Shown here piece after piece: positions 43,246-57,300 of a stretch of DNA of 64,000 nt (positions are counted from its first letter, which is position 1; every line of letters starts with the position of its first letter). This DNA comes from the human T2T-CHM13v2.0 reference genome, Homo sapiens. The notes under the pieces were generated by a model. It had not been told where the DNA came from. It saw only the letters and a list, made by a program, of their open reading frames with translations, and ran no database searches. Location of the stretch: the NCBI RefSeq assembly GCF_009914755.1, contig NC_060926.1; one strand, given 5' to 3'. The position numbers and the translations under genes are program-made.

Positions 43246-44459
43246 CAGAATTGCTATACTAGCCTTCTTCTGGTTAGTATTAGCTACTATGCCTACCAGC
43301 TTCCCTGCCTTTTATTCCCTATTTCCTTTTAAGTTTTAATTTTTTATCATGGTAATAGTCAAGTACTTGCTATTACTTTATGAGGCTTGTTATAAAAAAC
43401 TAGTAACCCCTGTTCCTCTCCCCCAGATGAAACAACTTTAACTTCTTTTAGACAATTCTTTTATTATTAACCTCCATCTCTATAGTATGCTTCTATTGCT
43501 GCCTTTCCATCTTTTAATAGAATTATCTATTAACTTCCCACTATGGAGTAATAATAGCAAACACATGTAGAACACTTACTTCGTGCCAGGCACTTCTCTG
43601 TGTGCTTTACATATATTACTCATAAAATCCTCAAAGCAACCCTATGAGGGGATCTGGGGAACTGCTTCTTAAACACTTTCAGACAATCTGTCTATCTGCA
43701 GTATAATTTTTATTATTTTACCCCATTCCAGAGATCCCTGGTGCCACCGAATCCTAAGCCTTTTGAGTCTGCAATGTAAATCATAGTTCTTTCTTGCTTT
43801 CCTCACTACCTGCTAAGTCAATTACCAAGAATCCACTTGCTTTACAGCTTTCGATGTTTTATAGCTAACGTTTCTTTTACCATTGTCTTTTTTTAAAAAA
43901 TAGATTTAGGCCTTAAAAACATTAGCTGCCATTTTAATGAGATTTCAAAATGAATCATAAGTAAATTTATGTGTTCTGTTTGTCATTCTTAACCTGCAAG
44001 TCTGGTATAGCTTTCCATTCATTTATTTTCAACCTCTATGTGTTGTCTTTATTTAGGTATATGTCTTGGATTTAAAGTTGAATTAAAAATTAATATACTT
44101 CGGCCAATTAAAATGAGCATTTAATCCGTTTATATGTATTGTGAATTATTTCTACCATTTTATTTTATGTTTTCTTTTTATCATCCTTTTTCATTGCTCT
44201 GTTTCCCCTCGTATATTGGGATGTGAAGATTTCCATATTCACTCCCTGGTTTTTCACTCTGGAAATTTGGAAGCTACAGATTGTATTTTTTAGGCTATTA
44301 GTGGTATTCTTAAACATCTGACATACAGTTATTCAATATCTCTATCCAACTCCTAAGCAAGACAATGGCTCTATCAATAGTCTCTTTATCATTGAACCCC
44401 TTCTTTTTGTTGTCTAGAGTTTGTGTCACATTTTTAAACATAAAAATTATATTTTTAGA

Positions 44460-44612
44460 CATTTATATATTTGATAATTACATTTATCATCAAATTTATT
44501 TATAAATTTATAATTTTATTATAAATTTATTTATTTATAATAAATTTATAAATTGATAATAAATTACATTTATTATCAAAAATTTATATATTTGATAATT
44601 ACATTTATTAAT
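44460..44612. repeat. AT-rich direct/inverted repeat patch
   Basis: ATTTATATATTTGATAATTACATTTAT occurs twice; a perfect 12-bp-arm hairpin lies at 44553-44579. Confidence 0.7.
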
Positions 44613-46437
44613 ACATTTTATAATTTCAGCACCACCATTGTTTTTGTATTCTATGCAATCTCTGTAGTTATACTCTTCTTTTTACTAAAGCATTCTTAAT
44701 TGGTTCCTTCAATGACAGTTTGTGGATTGTGAACTCCTAAAATCTTTGTTTAGAGAAAGTCTTTATTTTCCTTCATTTTGAATTCAGTATAGATGTATTT
44801 TCCTTCCTTCCTTTTTTTTCATTTTTTTAAACAAGTATTACAGCTGTAGCTGACTTGGAATGGGTCATGAGAGCCAATTATGCTTATCGCTTACCAATTC
44901 CATGTCCAGTGACCTATCAGTTGAAATTGGTTGCGATAGGACTACATATACCATGGAGATCAGCAAATTCTATAAATCATGGTTTTGTTTTGCTTTTGTT
45001 TATGGGAGCTCGTCATTAAACATTTATCGGCACACCATTGCTTATTAGGTACCTATAATATGCCAGGCACTGTTTTAGGTGTGACAATACATCAGGGAAG
45101 AAAATGGATAAAAATCCTTGCCTGAGAGTGATGTCAGCAACGTGGCTGACCAGAGATGCCTGGTGTTTGTCCTGCTCACAAGACAGGACCAAGGCAGTAA
45201 ATAAACAGCCAAGATTTGATTGGAGTGTTGAAGGGAGAGCTCTGGAGTGCAGTGGGAGAGTGGAGATGTGCCTGCAGTAATTGGAAATCCAGAAGGACAG
45301 TGTGGAGGCACCCAGTTTCTGCAGCCTCATCTCCCCTGCCCAAATCAGATCTGCTTTGAGTCAGAAGGGACTTTTCATTGCAGGGGGAAGGTAAGCAGAA
45401 GATACACACCATTTCCCATTGCCACCACAAAGACCTACAGTTCTTGTTACAGAAGAATCCCAGAGTCCTTATAAGCCTTGAGCCCAGTTTGCAGAGCTGA
45501 TGGGCATTGCCCTACACTAGGAGCACAAAGTCTATACTTCCCACCTCCCACCCGCCCACTGCAAACCAAGCTGCTGTAGCATGGTTCCATCTTGAGGACA
45601 AAGCCACCTCTGGAGTGTACCCTACTGTGAGGCGTGAGGACCAATAGCCACTGCACCTCTCCAGCATTAGGGCTTTATCATCATTATGCCAAACCCACAC
45701 AGGTGGCTGAATGCCACAACCCCAGCTGTGTGAAGCCTGGTCTCAGAATCAGCTGTGACCCCGGTCCTGCAAAGTAGGGAAACCAACTCCCACTACTGCA
45801 GCTCCAGCCTGAGGAACAGCCTGGCAATCCTACCCAGAGCAAACCTGAATTTGAGCTGACCAAACCACTGTGTGTTCTCCCACTCAAGCAGGAGATGTCC
45901 CAAGCCTCTGAGGAGCTGGCAAGGCCCCGGGCCAGAGAAGTGGCTATGCATCCATGCTCAGGATCTGAGAAGCAGCCCTGCAGTGCCCTTACTTCCCTGC
46001 GGACATGCTCCTGGCTTGTTCAATAGCTTGTTTCAATAAAGGCCTGAGAAATAGTCCCATAGGCTGCCCTTGGCAGGCATGCACCAAGATAGGCAAAGCA
46101 GCCAGGAGCCCACGTCTAAAACCTGACAAATAGCCCTGTGGGCCAACCCTGGTGGACATGCCCCAGGCCAGGTAAGCAGCCATCCACCTGTATAAGGGAC
46201 CTGATAAAAAGCCCTATATGTCACCTTCAGTGAGCATGCTCCTGAGCCAGCCTAGCAGGCTTGTACCTGCATCTGACCTGTAAAACAGCCACCTCCAGCA
46301 GACATGCTCCCGGGTTGGTGGAACAGCCAGAGCCTGCATCCTGGTCCTGAGAAATATCCTAGGGGCCCACCCCTAGAAGACACACCCCCAGGCCAGCTAA
46401 GCAGCTGTGTGATTGACAAATAGCTCCATGGGCCCAC

Positions 46438-47047
46438 TGTGATGGTTAATATTGAGTGTCAGCTTGATTGGATTGAAAGATGCAAAGTATTGTTCCTGGG
46501 TGTGTCTGTGAGGGTGTTGCCAAAGGAGATTAACATTTGAGTCAGTGGACTGGGAGAGGCAGACCGACCCTCTGATCTGATTTGGCCAGATCTGATTTGG
46601 GCAGGGGAGATGAGGCTTCAGACCCAACCCTCAATCTGGGCACCATCTAATCAGCTGCCAGTGTGGCTAGAATAAAGCAGGAAGAAGTTGGAAAGAGGAG
46701 ATTTGCAGAGTCTTCCGGCTTTCATCTTTCTCCCATGCTGGATGCTTCCTGCCCTCGAACATCAGACTCCAAGTTCTTCAGCTTTTGGACTCTTGAACTT
46801 ATACCAGTGGTTTGCCAGGGGCTCTTGGGTCTTTGGCCACAGACTGAAGGCTGCACTGTTGGCTTCCCAAGTTTTGAGATTTTAGGACTTGGACTGAACC
46901 ACCACTGGCTTCTTTGCTCCTCAACTTGCAGATGGCCTATTGTGTGACTTTACCTTGTGATCGTGTGAGTCAATTCTTGATAAACTCCCTTTCATATATA
47001 CATATATTCTATTAGTTCTGTCCCTCTAGAGAACACTGACTAATACA
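46438..47047 (+). mobile_element. MLT2A (HERV-L) solo LTR
   Basis: TGTGATGGTTAATATTGAGTGTCA...GTCCCTCTAGAGAACACTGACTAATACA. Confidence 0.9.
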
Positions 47048-47326
47048 TTGACCCCTGGCAAAGTGACATCAACATCACCAAAAACTCTCTCATTCTAGCC
47101 CACTGAGAAACTCTCACATTACCAGTGTGAATTACAGCTGAAGAAACTTCATGGAGACTACACTACATCCACCTAGAACTAAGGCCAACACACCCCACTG
47201 AACCGACACCCCAAGACCCATTTATACAAATTATTTATACTAATTTATTATACTAATAAATTGGTCTTGGGGTGTCAGTTCAGTGGAGTATGTTGAAACC
47301 TACACCATTAAATTGGAAGAGGTGAC

Positions 47327-48184
47327 TGCATTAGCCTGTTTTCACATTGCAAATAAAGACATACCTGAGACTTGGCAATTTACAAAAGAAAGAGGTTTAA
47401 CAGACTTGCAGTTCCATGTGGCTGGGGAGGCCTCACAATCATGGCAGAAGGTGAAAGTCATGTCTCAACATGGTGGCAGATAAGAGAAGAGAGCTTGTAC
47501 AGGGAAACTTCTTTTTATAAAACCATCAGCTCTTGTGAGACTTATTCACTATCAAGAGAACAGCATGGGAAAGACCTCACCCCATGATTCAATGACCTCT
47601 CACCGGGTCCCTCCCACAACCGTGGGAATTAAAGATGATATTTGGGTGGGGACACAGCTAAACCATATCATTCCACCCCTGACCCCTCCTAAATCTCATG
47701 TCCTCACATTTCAAAACCAGTCATGCCTTCCCATCAGTCCCCCAAAGTCTTAAGTAATTTTCGAATTAACTCAAAAGTCCATAGTCCAAAGTCTCATCTG
47801 AGACAAGGCAAGTCCCTTCTGCCTATGAGCCTGTAAAATCAAAAACAAGTTAGTTACTTCCTAGATACAATAGGAGTACAGGCATTGGGTAAATAAAACC
47901 ATTGCAAATGGAAAAAATTGGCCAAAATAAAGGTATTACAGGTCACATGCAAGTCTGAAATCCAGCGGGGCAGTCAAATCTCACAATCATGGCAGAAGGT
48001 GAAAGGCATGTCTCAACATGGTGGCAGATAAGAGAAGAGAGCTTGTGCAGGGAAACTTCTTTTTATAAAACCATCAGCTCTGGTGAGACTTATTCACTAG
48101 CAAGCTCCAAAATGATCTCCTTTGACTCCATAACTCACACCCAGGTCACACTGATGCAAGAGGTGGGTTCATGGTCTTGGGCAG
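47327..48184 (-). mobile_element. THE1B LTR plus truncated internal region
   Basis: LTR 47327-47670 (…CACAGCTAAACCATATCA), then internal sequence ending at GGTCTTGGGCAG. Confidence 0.85.
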
Positions 48185-48270
48185 GAGTAGCTATATGTAT
48201 ATCAGACAAAGTAAACTTCAGGTTAAAAGCTGTAAAAAGAGGCAAAAAGGACACTATATAATAATAAAGG

Positions 48271-48590
<320 letters not shown>

Positions 48591-51500
48591 TGGATACATT
48601 CAGCATGAGACTATAACAATTATGTACATATGTGTTTGTGTGTCTCTCTATATATATATAGACACACACACATGCACACACACACCCGACACCATAGCAT
48701 CTAGATATATACAGCAGATATTATTAGATCTAAAGGGAAAGATGGACCCCAATATGATAATAGTTGGGAATATCAACATCCTACTCTCAGCATTGGACAG
48801 ATCAGCAAAGAAATATCAAATTTAAACTATGCCATAGATGAAATGGACCTAACAAAAATTTACAGAACATTTCACCCAACAACTGCAAAACACACAGTTT
48901 TTTTTTTCCTCAGCACATGGAACATTTTCCAGGATGATCATATGTTATGACACAAAACAAGTTTCAACAAATTTTTAAAAATCAAATTATATAAAGTGTT
49001 TTACCTTATCAAAATGGAATAAAACTAGAAAGCGATAACAAGAGGAACATTTGAAACTGTACACATACATGAAAATTAAACAGCATGCTTCTGACTGACT
49101 AATGGGTGAAGACAAAAATTAAGAATAAAATGTAAAATGTCTTGAAATGAATGAAAATAGAAACACAACGTTTCAAAGCCTATGAGACACAGCAAAAATA
49201 GTATTGAGGTAAGTTTATAACAATAAATGCTTATATCAAAAAACAGGGAAGATTTCAAATAAGCAACTTAATCATGCACCCCAAAAATGAGGAAAGTAAG
49301 AACAAACCAAACCCCAAATTAGTAAAAAGAAATAAATAATAAAGATGGGAGCAGAAATAAATGAAATTGACCCTAAAAAATACAAAAGGTGAATAAGACA
49401 AAAAGTTGGTTTTTTGAAAACATAAACAAAATTGACAAACCTTCAGGTAGACTAAGAAAAAAAGAGAGGGGACCAAAATAAATAAAATCAGAAATGAAAA
49501 AGTAGACATCACAATGGATACCACAGATATACAAAGGATCATTAGAGACTGCTATGAATAACCATAAGCCAATAAATTTGAAAACCTAGAGGAAATAAAT
49601 AAATTACTGAATACATACAACCTACTAAGATTGAACCAAGGAGAAATAGAAAGCCTGAACAGATCAATAATAAGTAATGAGATTGAATCAGTAATAAAAA
49701 TGTCTCCCAAAACAGAAAAGTCCAGGACTGGATGGCTTCACAGCTGAGTTCTACCAAACCTTTAAAGAAGAATTAATGTCAATTCTTCTCAAACTGTTCC
49801 AAAAAGTTAAAGCAGAGAAAATTCTTTCTAACTAATTCCATAAGGCCAACATAACTCTCACATCAAAACCAGACAAGGAGACAACAAAAAAGAAAACTAC
49901 AGGCCAATATCCGTCATGAACATAGACGTAAGAATTCTCAACAAAATGCTAGCAAACTGAATCCAATAAAACATCAAACAGATAATACACCATGATGAAG
50001 TAGGATTTATCTCAGGAATGCAAGAACGTTTCAACATACACAAATCCATAAATGTCATATATCACATCAATAGAATAAAGAGCAAATATATGTGATCATC
50101 TCAATAGATGCAGACAAAGCATTAGATAAAATTTAACATTGTGCCATGACAAAAACCCTCAATAAATTAGGTACAGAAGAGAAGTATCTCAATATGATAA
50201 ATGTCATGTATGACAAACCCACAGCTAACATGTTGCTAAATGGGGAAAAGCTGAATGCCTTTTCTCTATGAACAAGAACAAAACTATTCTCACCACTCTT
50301 TTCAACATAGTACCAGAAGTCATAGCTAGAGCAATGAGGCAAAAGAAAGAAATAAAGGACATCCAGAATGGAAAGGAGGAAGTCAAATTGCTCCTGTTTG
50401 TAAATGACATGACATTATATAGAGAAAAACGTAAGGATTCTACCAAAAACTCTTAGAACTGTAAAACTAATTGAGTCAAGTTGCAGGATACAAAGGTAAT
50501 AAACAAAAATCAGTAGTATTTCTATACACCAAAAACAAGCTAGCCGAAAAAGAAATCAAGAAGGCAATCCCATTTATAATAGCAACAAAAAATACCTAGT
50601 AATAAACTTAACCATGTGAAAGATCTCTACAAACACTGATGAAAGAAAATGAAGACAATACAAACAAATGAAAAGACATCCCATGTTCATGGATCAGAAA
50701 AGTAAATATTGCTAAATTTACAATACTACTCAAAGCAATCTACAGATCCAATGCAATTCCTATGAAATCATCAATTGCATTCTTCATAGAAATGGAAAAA
50801 ATCCTGAAATTTCTATGGAACCCCAAAAGACCCCAAATAGCCAAAGCAATTCTGAGCAAAAATAGCTGGAAGCATCACACTACCAGATCTCAAAATATAC
50901 TACAAAGCTATAGTAATCAAAACAATATGGTACTGTCACAAAAAGAGACACATGGATCAATGGAACAGAATAGCAAACCCAGAAACTAATCCACATATCT
51001 ACAACCACCTGATTTTTGACAAAGGTGCGAAGGACACTAATTGGGGAAAAAACAATCTCTTCAATAGTTGGTGCTGGGAAAAGTGGATATCCATATGCAG
51101 AAGAATGAAAGTAGACCCCCACATCACACCCTATACAAAGATCAATTCAGAATGGATCAAAACTCTAAATAGAAGACATGAAACTATAAAACTGTTAGAA
51201 GCAAATATAGTGAAAATGGTTCAGGATATGGGTCTGAGAGAAGATTTTATGAATAACACCTCAAAAGCACAGGCAATAAAGCAAAAATAAACAAATGAGA
51301 TTATATCAAACTATAAGCTTCTGCACAACAAAGGAAACAATCAACAGAGTGAAAAGACAACCTACAGAATGAAAGAAACTATTTTCAAACTACTCATACT
51401 GCAGGGGACTAATATACAGCATATATAAGGAACTCAAACATCTTGACAGCAAAAAAAAAAATCTGATTGGAAAATGGGCAAGTCTGAACAAACATACAAA

Positions 51501-52454
51501 CATTTGTGAAAAGAAGTCACAAAAATGGAAAACAAACATGAAAAAATGCTCAACAACGCTCATTACTGGGAAAATGCAACTCAGATGCACCATGAGGTAT
51601 CATCTCACCTCAGTTAGAAAGGCTACTACCAAAAAGACAAAAAAATAGTAAATGCTAGTGAAAATGTGAAGAAAAGGGAACTCTTACTGTTGGTGGGAAT
51701 GTAAACCCATACAGTCACTATGAATAACAGTATGGAGGTTCCTAAAAAAACTGCAACTAAAATTATCACATGACCCAGCAATCCCACAACTGAGCATTTA
51801 TCCAAAGGAAAGGAAATAAGTATATCAAAGATACATCTGCACCCCCATGTTTATTGCAACACTGTTCACAATAGCCAAGATATGGAATCAACCTAGGTGT
51901 CCAACAACAGATGACTGAGTAAAGAAAATGCAATATATACATAATGGAATACCATTTAGCCACAAAAAGATAAAATCTTGTCATTTGTAGTAACATGGAT
52001 GGAAGTGGAGGACATTATGTTAAGTGAAATAAGTCAGGAACAAAAAGTTAAACACCACATATTCTCACTCATATGTGGAAGCTGAGAAAAGTTTATTCAT
52101 ATGAGTAAAAAGTAAAACAGAGGATACTAGAGGCTGGCAAGGGTAGAGAGAAGGGAGGGATAAGTAGAGATTTGTTAAAGGACACAAAATTATAGCTACG
52201 TAGGATAAATAAGTTCTAGTGTTCTCTACCACTGTAGGATGAGTAGAATTAACAACAATATATTATATAGCTTCAGATAGCTAGAAGGAGAATATTGAAT
52301 GTTCCCCACACAAAGAAATGATAAATGTTTGAGAAGATGTATATACTAATTACCCTGATCTGATCACTATGTATTATACATATGTAAACATCACTATGTA
52401 ACCCATGAATCTGTACAATTATTATTTATCAATTAAAAAGATCAAAATTAAAAA

Positions 52455-53028
52455 AATCCTTGTCTGTGGAACTTACAGTCTAATTGACAGAGACAGTCAA
52501 TAAATGAGTAAATGAATGATTGGATAAATAAATAAATAAAATCCATAGTATTTCTGACAGTCATAACGTTTATGGCAAGAATATAAAGTGGAGGACGGGA
52601 TAACAAAATATGGAGTGTTGAGCAGATTTGCAAATAAAGATTCACTGTGGGGATGATGTTTGAGCAAAGCTCTGAGGGATCAAGCTCTACAAATACTTGG
52701 TAGAAAAGTTGTCTGAGTAGAAGATACAAGTACAAAGCCTTGAGGTGAGAGAGCATCGGATATCTGATATTTTCAAGGAATATCAAGGAGGGTATTGTGC
52801 CATGAATGAGATGAAGGTTGGAAAGGGGGATGGGGAAGAATTGTTTGAGATGAAGTTACAGAAGAACAAAAGTCAGTTTATGTAAGCTCATGTCATTCAG
52901 TGTTAAGAACTTTGGTTTTTGTTCTGAATGAGAAGGAAGCCCACTGGAGAGTTTTGAGTAACGAAGTAACATGATTCAATATAGTTTTTAAAATAATCAC
53001 TCTAGCAACTGTGTTGAAAATAGATTCT
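52455..53028 (-). mobile_element. L2 fragment (continues 45040-45110 and ~53790-53930)
   Basis: TGCCAGGCACTGTTTTAGG...|...GGAACTTACAGTCTA...GAAGCCACTGGAGAGTTTTGAG. Confidence 0.7.
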
Positions 53029-53349
<321 letters not shown>

Positions 53350-53354
53350 CTAAG

Positions 53355-53790
53355 CTTTAACAACTTGCTTAACCTATAGAATGTGGCAAAAGTATGTTCT
53401 AAGACTTTCAACATTAGGTGATAAGAACCTTGCAACTTTTGCCTGGCGCTCTTGAATATTTACTCTGGGAATCAGCCACCATGAAAGAATATCTCCTTTT
53501 CTGAGACTATCATGCTATGATGGAGTGAAAGTCTCCATGGAGGTAGAGATGCCTAACTGGCCTCTAACTATACTAGTCATCCAAACCCAGGCACCAAACT
53601 TGTAAATGAATAAGCCTCCCTATGCCTACAGCCTCAGCTACTGCTGACTGTAACCATATGAGGGGCCGCAAACCACATCTGCCCAGCTGAGCCTGTCAAC
53701 CCTCAGAGCAGTGAGAGGTAACAATAAATAGTTGTTTTAAGTTACCATATTTTAGGGAGGTTTGTTGTGTAGCAAAGGGTAACAAATAGA
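53355..53790 (+). mobile_element. MLT1 (F/G/H-like) LTR fragment
   Basis: TAGAATGTGGCAAAAGT...CCCAGCTGAGCC...TTGTTTTAAGTTACC...GGTAACAAATA. Confidence 0.6.
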
Positions 53791-54058
53791 ATTCATCAAC
53801 ATATAGATGTCATGTAAAACTATGAGACGGGATGAGCCCATGAGGGAGTGAGAAGAGAAAAAGAAAAGACATTTAAGGATTAAAATCTAGGATGTTCCAA
53901 AATTTTGATGTTGGAGAGACTGTGAAGAACAAAACAAGACAAACAATAATAACAAAAGGCAAAACAAAGTTATTACCCCTCAGTGCTTTCAAGATTTTAC
54001 ACCATTATCTTCTGAAATTTCTTATATAAGAAAGAAATCTGCTGTCTGTTAATCTCAA

Positions 54059-54370
54059 TTTTTTTTTTCTTTCGTTTTTTGAGATGGAGTCTTGCTCTGT
54101 CACCCAGGCTTGAGTGGGGTGGCACGATCTTGGCTCACTGCAACCTCTATCTCCCGGGTTCAGGTGATTCTAGTGCCTCGGCCACCTGAGTAGCTAGGAC
54201 TACAGGCGCCAGCCACCATGGCTGGCTGTATTTTTTTTTTTTTTTTTTTTTGTAGAGACAGGGTTTCACCATGTTGTCTAGGCTGGTCTCGCACTCCTGA
54301 CCTCAAGTGATCCACCCACCTTGGTCTTCCAAAGTGCTAGGATTACAGGTGTGAGCCACTGCATCTGACC
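54059..54370 (-). mobile_element. Alu (AluS-type) within old antisense L1
   Basis: Both arms present; expanded middle T tract. Confidence 0.88.
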
Positions 54371-57300
54371 TCAATGGTTCTTCTAAATAATGTTTTTTTT
54401 TTCCCTCTCTGATAGCTTTTAAGATTTTCTCTTCTTTCCCTGACACTGTATAATTTCACTCTGATATAGCTTAGTATGTACTTATTTTTATTATCCTGCT
54501 CAGTAGTTGGAGTTCAAGTGTATTCTAAGGACATATGCTTCCTTCAATTCTAAAAAAATTTCAGCCACTAACTTGTGGCTCTATTCTTCCTTGTAGTCAG
54601 GGAGAGTCCTATTATACATATGCTGTCATTTATTAATTTTTATCCTTGTCTCTTATTGCTCTGTCATATGCATTTGTGTACATGTATATATGTGCTTGTG
54701 TGTACATATATTACACTTAAGTATAATTCATTTTTCTGTTTTTGCTACTGTGCTTTGACAAATCCTAACTACCTTCTGATTCATGAATTCTCTCTTCTAC
54801 TATGTCCTATCTAGGGTTTTTCTTATTCATTGACTTGTTTTGAATTTTGATTATCATATTTTCATTTTTCAAGACCTCTTTATTTTCATTTTCATCTGTC
54901 CTTTACAAATTTTCCACTTTTATTTTATAATTGTCCTTTCTAAGGCTATATTTCCTTCATTTTTGTCATTTCAGGGCCTACTAACATGTTTATTTTAAAG
55001 CCTTTGTCTGATTATGCTATACAGTAAAATTCAATTGAAGTGAATTCAAGCTCATATTGTTGTTTGTTGAACATCTTTCTTAGCATTATATAATTTTCAT
55101 GTCATTTGAAATATCCTATTATCTCTGTGTTTTGGCCTTTCATGGCTCCTATAATCTGCAGTCTTAAGTAGAGTCAGTAGTCATTTTCTTAACCCTGTTT
55201 TCATGAATTGAACATCTTTACCAAACCCTCACTTAGTCAGTAGGTCTTTCTCTGATTTCGTTTTCAGCCTAGTGGATCATTATTATTCTCCATAATTCCA
55301 CAGGAACCAGACTCCGAATTACTCCTCTTTGCCCTTGACCCAGAGCGCAGCTCCCATTTTTCATTTCTTTTCCATATCAGGTTTATGAAACTGTTTATTT
55401 CTTTTTTAGCACAGTTTAAAAAATTTTGTTATTGTTTGTTTTTTTCCACATTTTTTACTGTTACTGCTATGTATTTGCAGTAGAAGGAGTATTTCAAAGT
55501 GTGAATTTACTGTTCTATCTCTTCTGAGCTCTTGTATTATATCATTTGTTGGAGATTAAGTGAAAAGTTTGCTACCTGAATCCTACTCATTGCAATTATT
55601 TCCTACCTGGCTCCTTGCAGATGAAGCAGAGCCCAAACTAAGTGAAGGAGTGCAAAGTGTTCTAAAGTACATGATTATCAAATAAAGCTGCTTGGAGAAC
55701 TTGATGGGGCCTTTCCCCCTTCTCCCATTGTTGGATATTGGGGCCTGATAATTCTGACCTCCTAATACCCATCCCCACCTCAACCCACTTACAGGTTGAG
55801 AAACTTTAAAGAGCAGTCACTCCTCACTGGGGTGTTGCTATTAGTGGGTACCACCTTGCCCCAGTGGTCTTACATCAAAAGCTAAGTAAGCCAAGAGGTC
55901 AAAGCATGGGATGTTCTTCACAGAAATCACAGGAGACCAGAGGTATCAACTCTCTCCAATTCTCTAACCATATTAATCACCCTGGCTTCTTATGGGAGGA
56001 TCAGTTTCAGGGGTTGTACAGGGCCTAGAAGTGTTAGCACCAGGCTGCTCTCTACCCTGTAAAAACATGAGAAGCTGAGAATACAAGTATTCCCTTAATT
56101 CTTCTAATCCAGTAATTCTATTTTCAGGAATCAGTCCTGACCAGAGGTATGGCCAAGACTTATGAATAAATATATTTTCCTTACTTTTACCTATAATAGT
56201 GAAAAATTGGGAAAAACAAACCCTGATGTCTAAAAATTATAATCAGTTTATATAATGAAATATCACATAGCTTTTCAGATTTTTAAATTTTAAAAAAGTG
56301 ACATGATACGTGATCACAATACAATCTTAAACAAGCCAGATTACATATTATAATATATGCTATAATTTTAGTTTTTAAAAACAGAACAGGAACAAAATAC
56401 ATCAATGTATTAATAGGTTACCTTTCTATAATTTAAAAGGCTTCTTATATAACTATATATTACTTTTATAACCAGACAAAATATGTTGTTAAATAAAATG
56501 CTATCTGTGTTCTAATATATATATGATCACTATAAACAACAAATTTTTATACATAAAATGACATATAAAACTGAGTGTTAAGTTAATATCCAAACACCTG
56601 CTATTACAAAGAAGTTTCATTGTACTTAACTGTACGTAACTTTCTGTTCTAAATAGTTAATGTAGAGATAAGAAATAGAATATGAGTTGCCACATATAAT
56701 TTAAAAACTTTTCTTGCACGCATTAAAAAAATCTCTAAAAGAAAATAAGATCACACACAATCTTTTTATAGCAGGGTGAAAAATGTCTCATTAGGTAATG
56801 TGCATGTTGGCATAAAAATGAACGTAATTTATATTTGAATTTTTGGCTAATCAAATGACATATGTTTTATTGTCTTGCAGTTATATTAATGAGCAATATT
56901 TAATTAAAAGCTAATTGAATATTCCAAGCAGCAATTATCTTGCAATAGAGATGCCAAATCTGACATGAGGAGGCAGGTGAGCAGAAAGCAGAACTTGTGT
57001 AATTATTCCTCTGGGAGATGGAGAAGAAGAGACCACACCAAGCATTGCCACAGTAAGAGATTAGTGAAGATTCTGCCCTAAACAAAACCATTTCCTTTGT
57101 TGAACTTATATTGTACTTTCTTCATCAGGTAAGTTGCGTTTAACTAAAGCAACGTAGCATTCTTTAGTTCACAAATGCAATTCTTTAGACATCCTTTGAA
57201 CCCCACCCAGGAAGAGGAGAGTGAGCCACACTTATTTCATTGATTGAGGTACTGATTGTGTGTGATGTAGCCTGTAACCTGGGCCGGCACACTTTAGACA

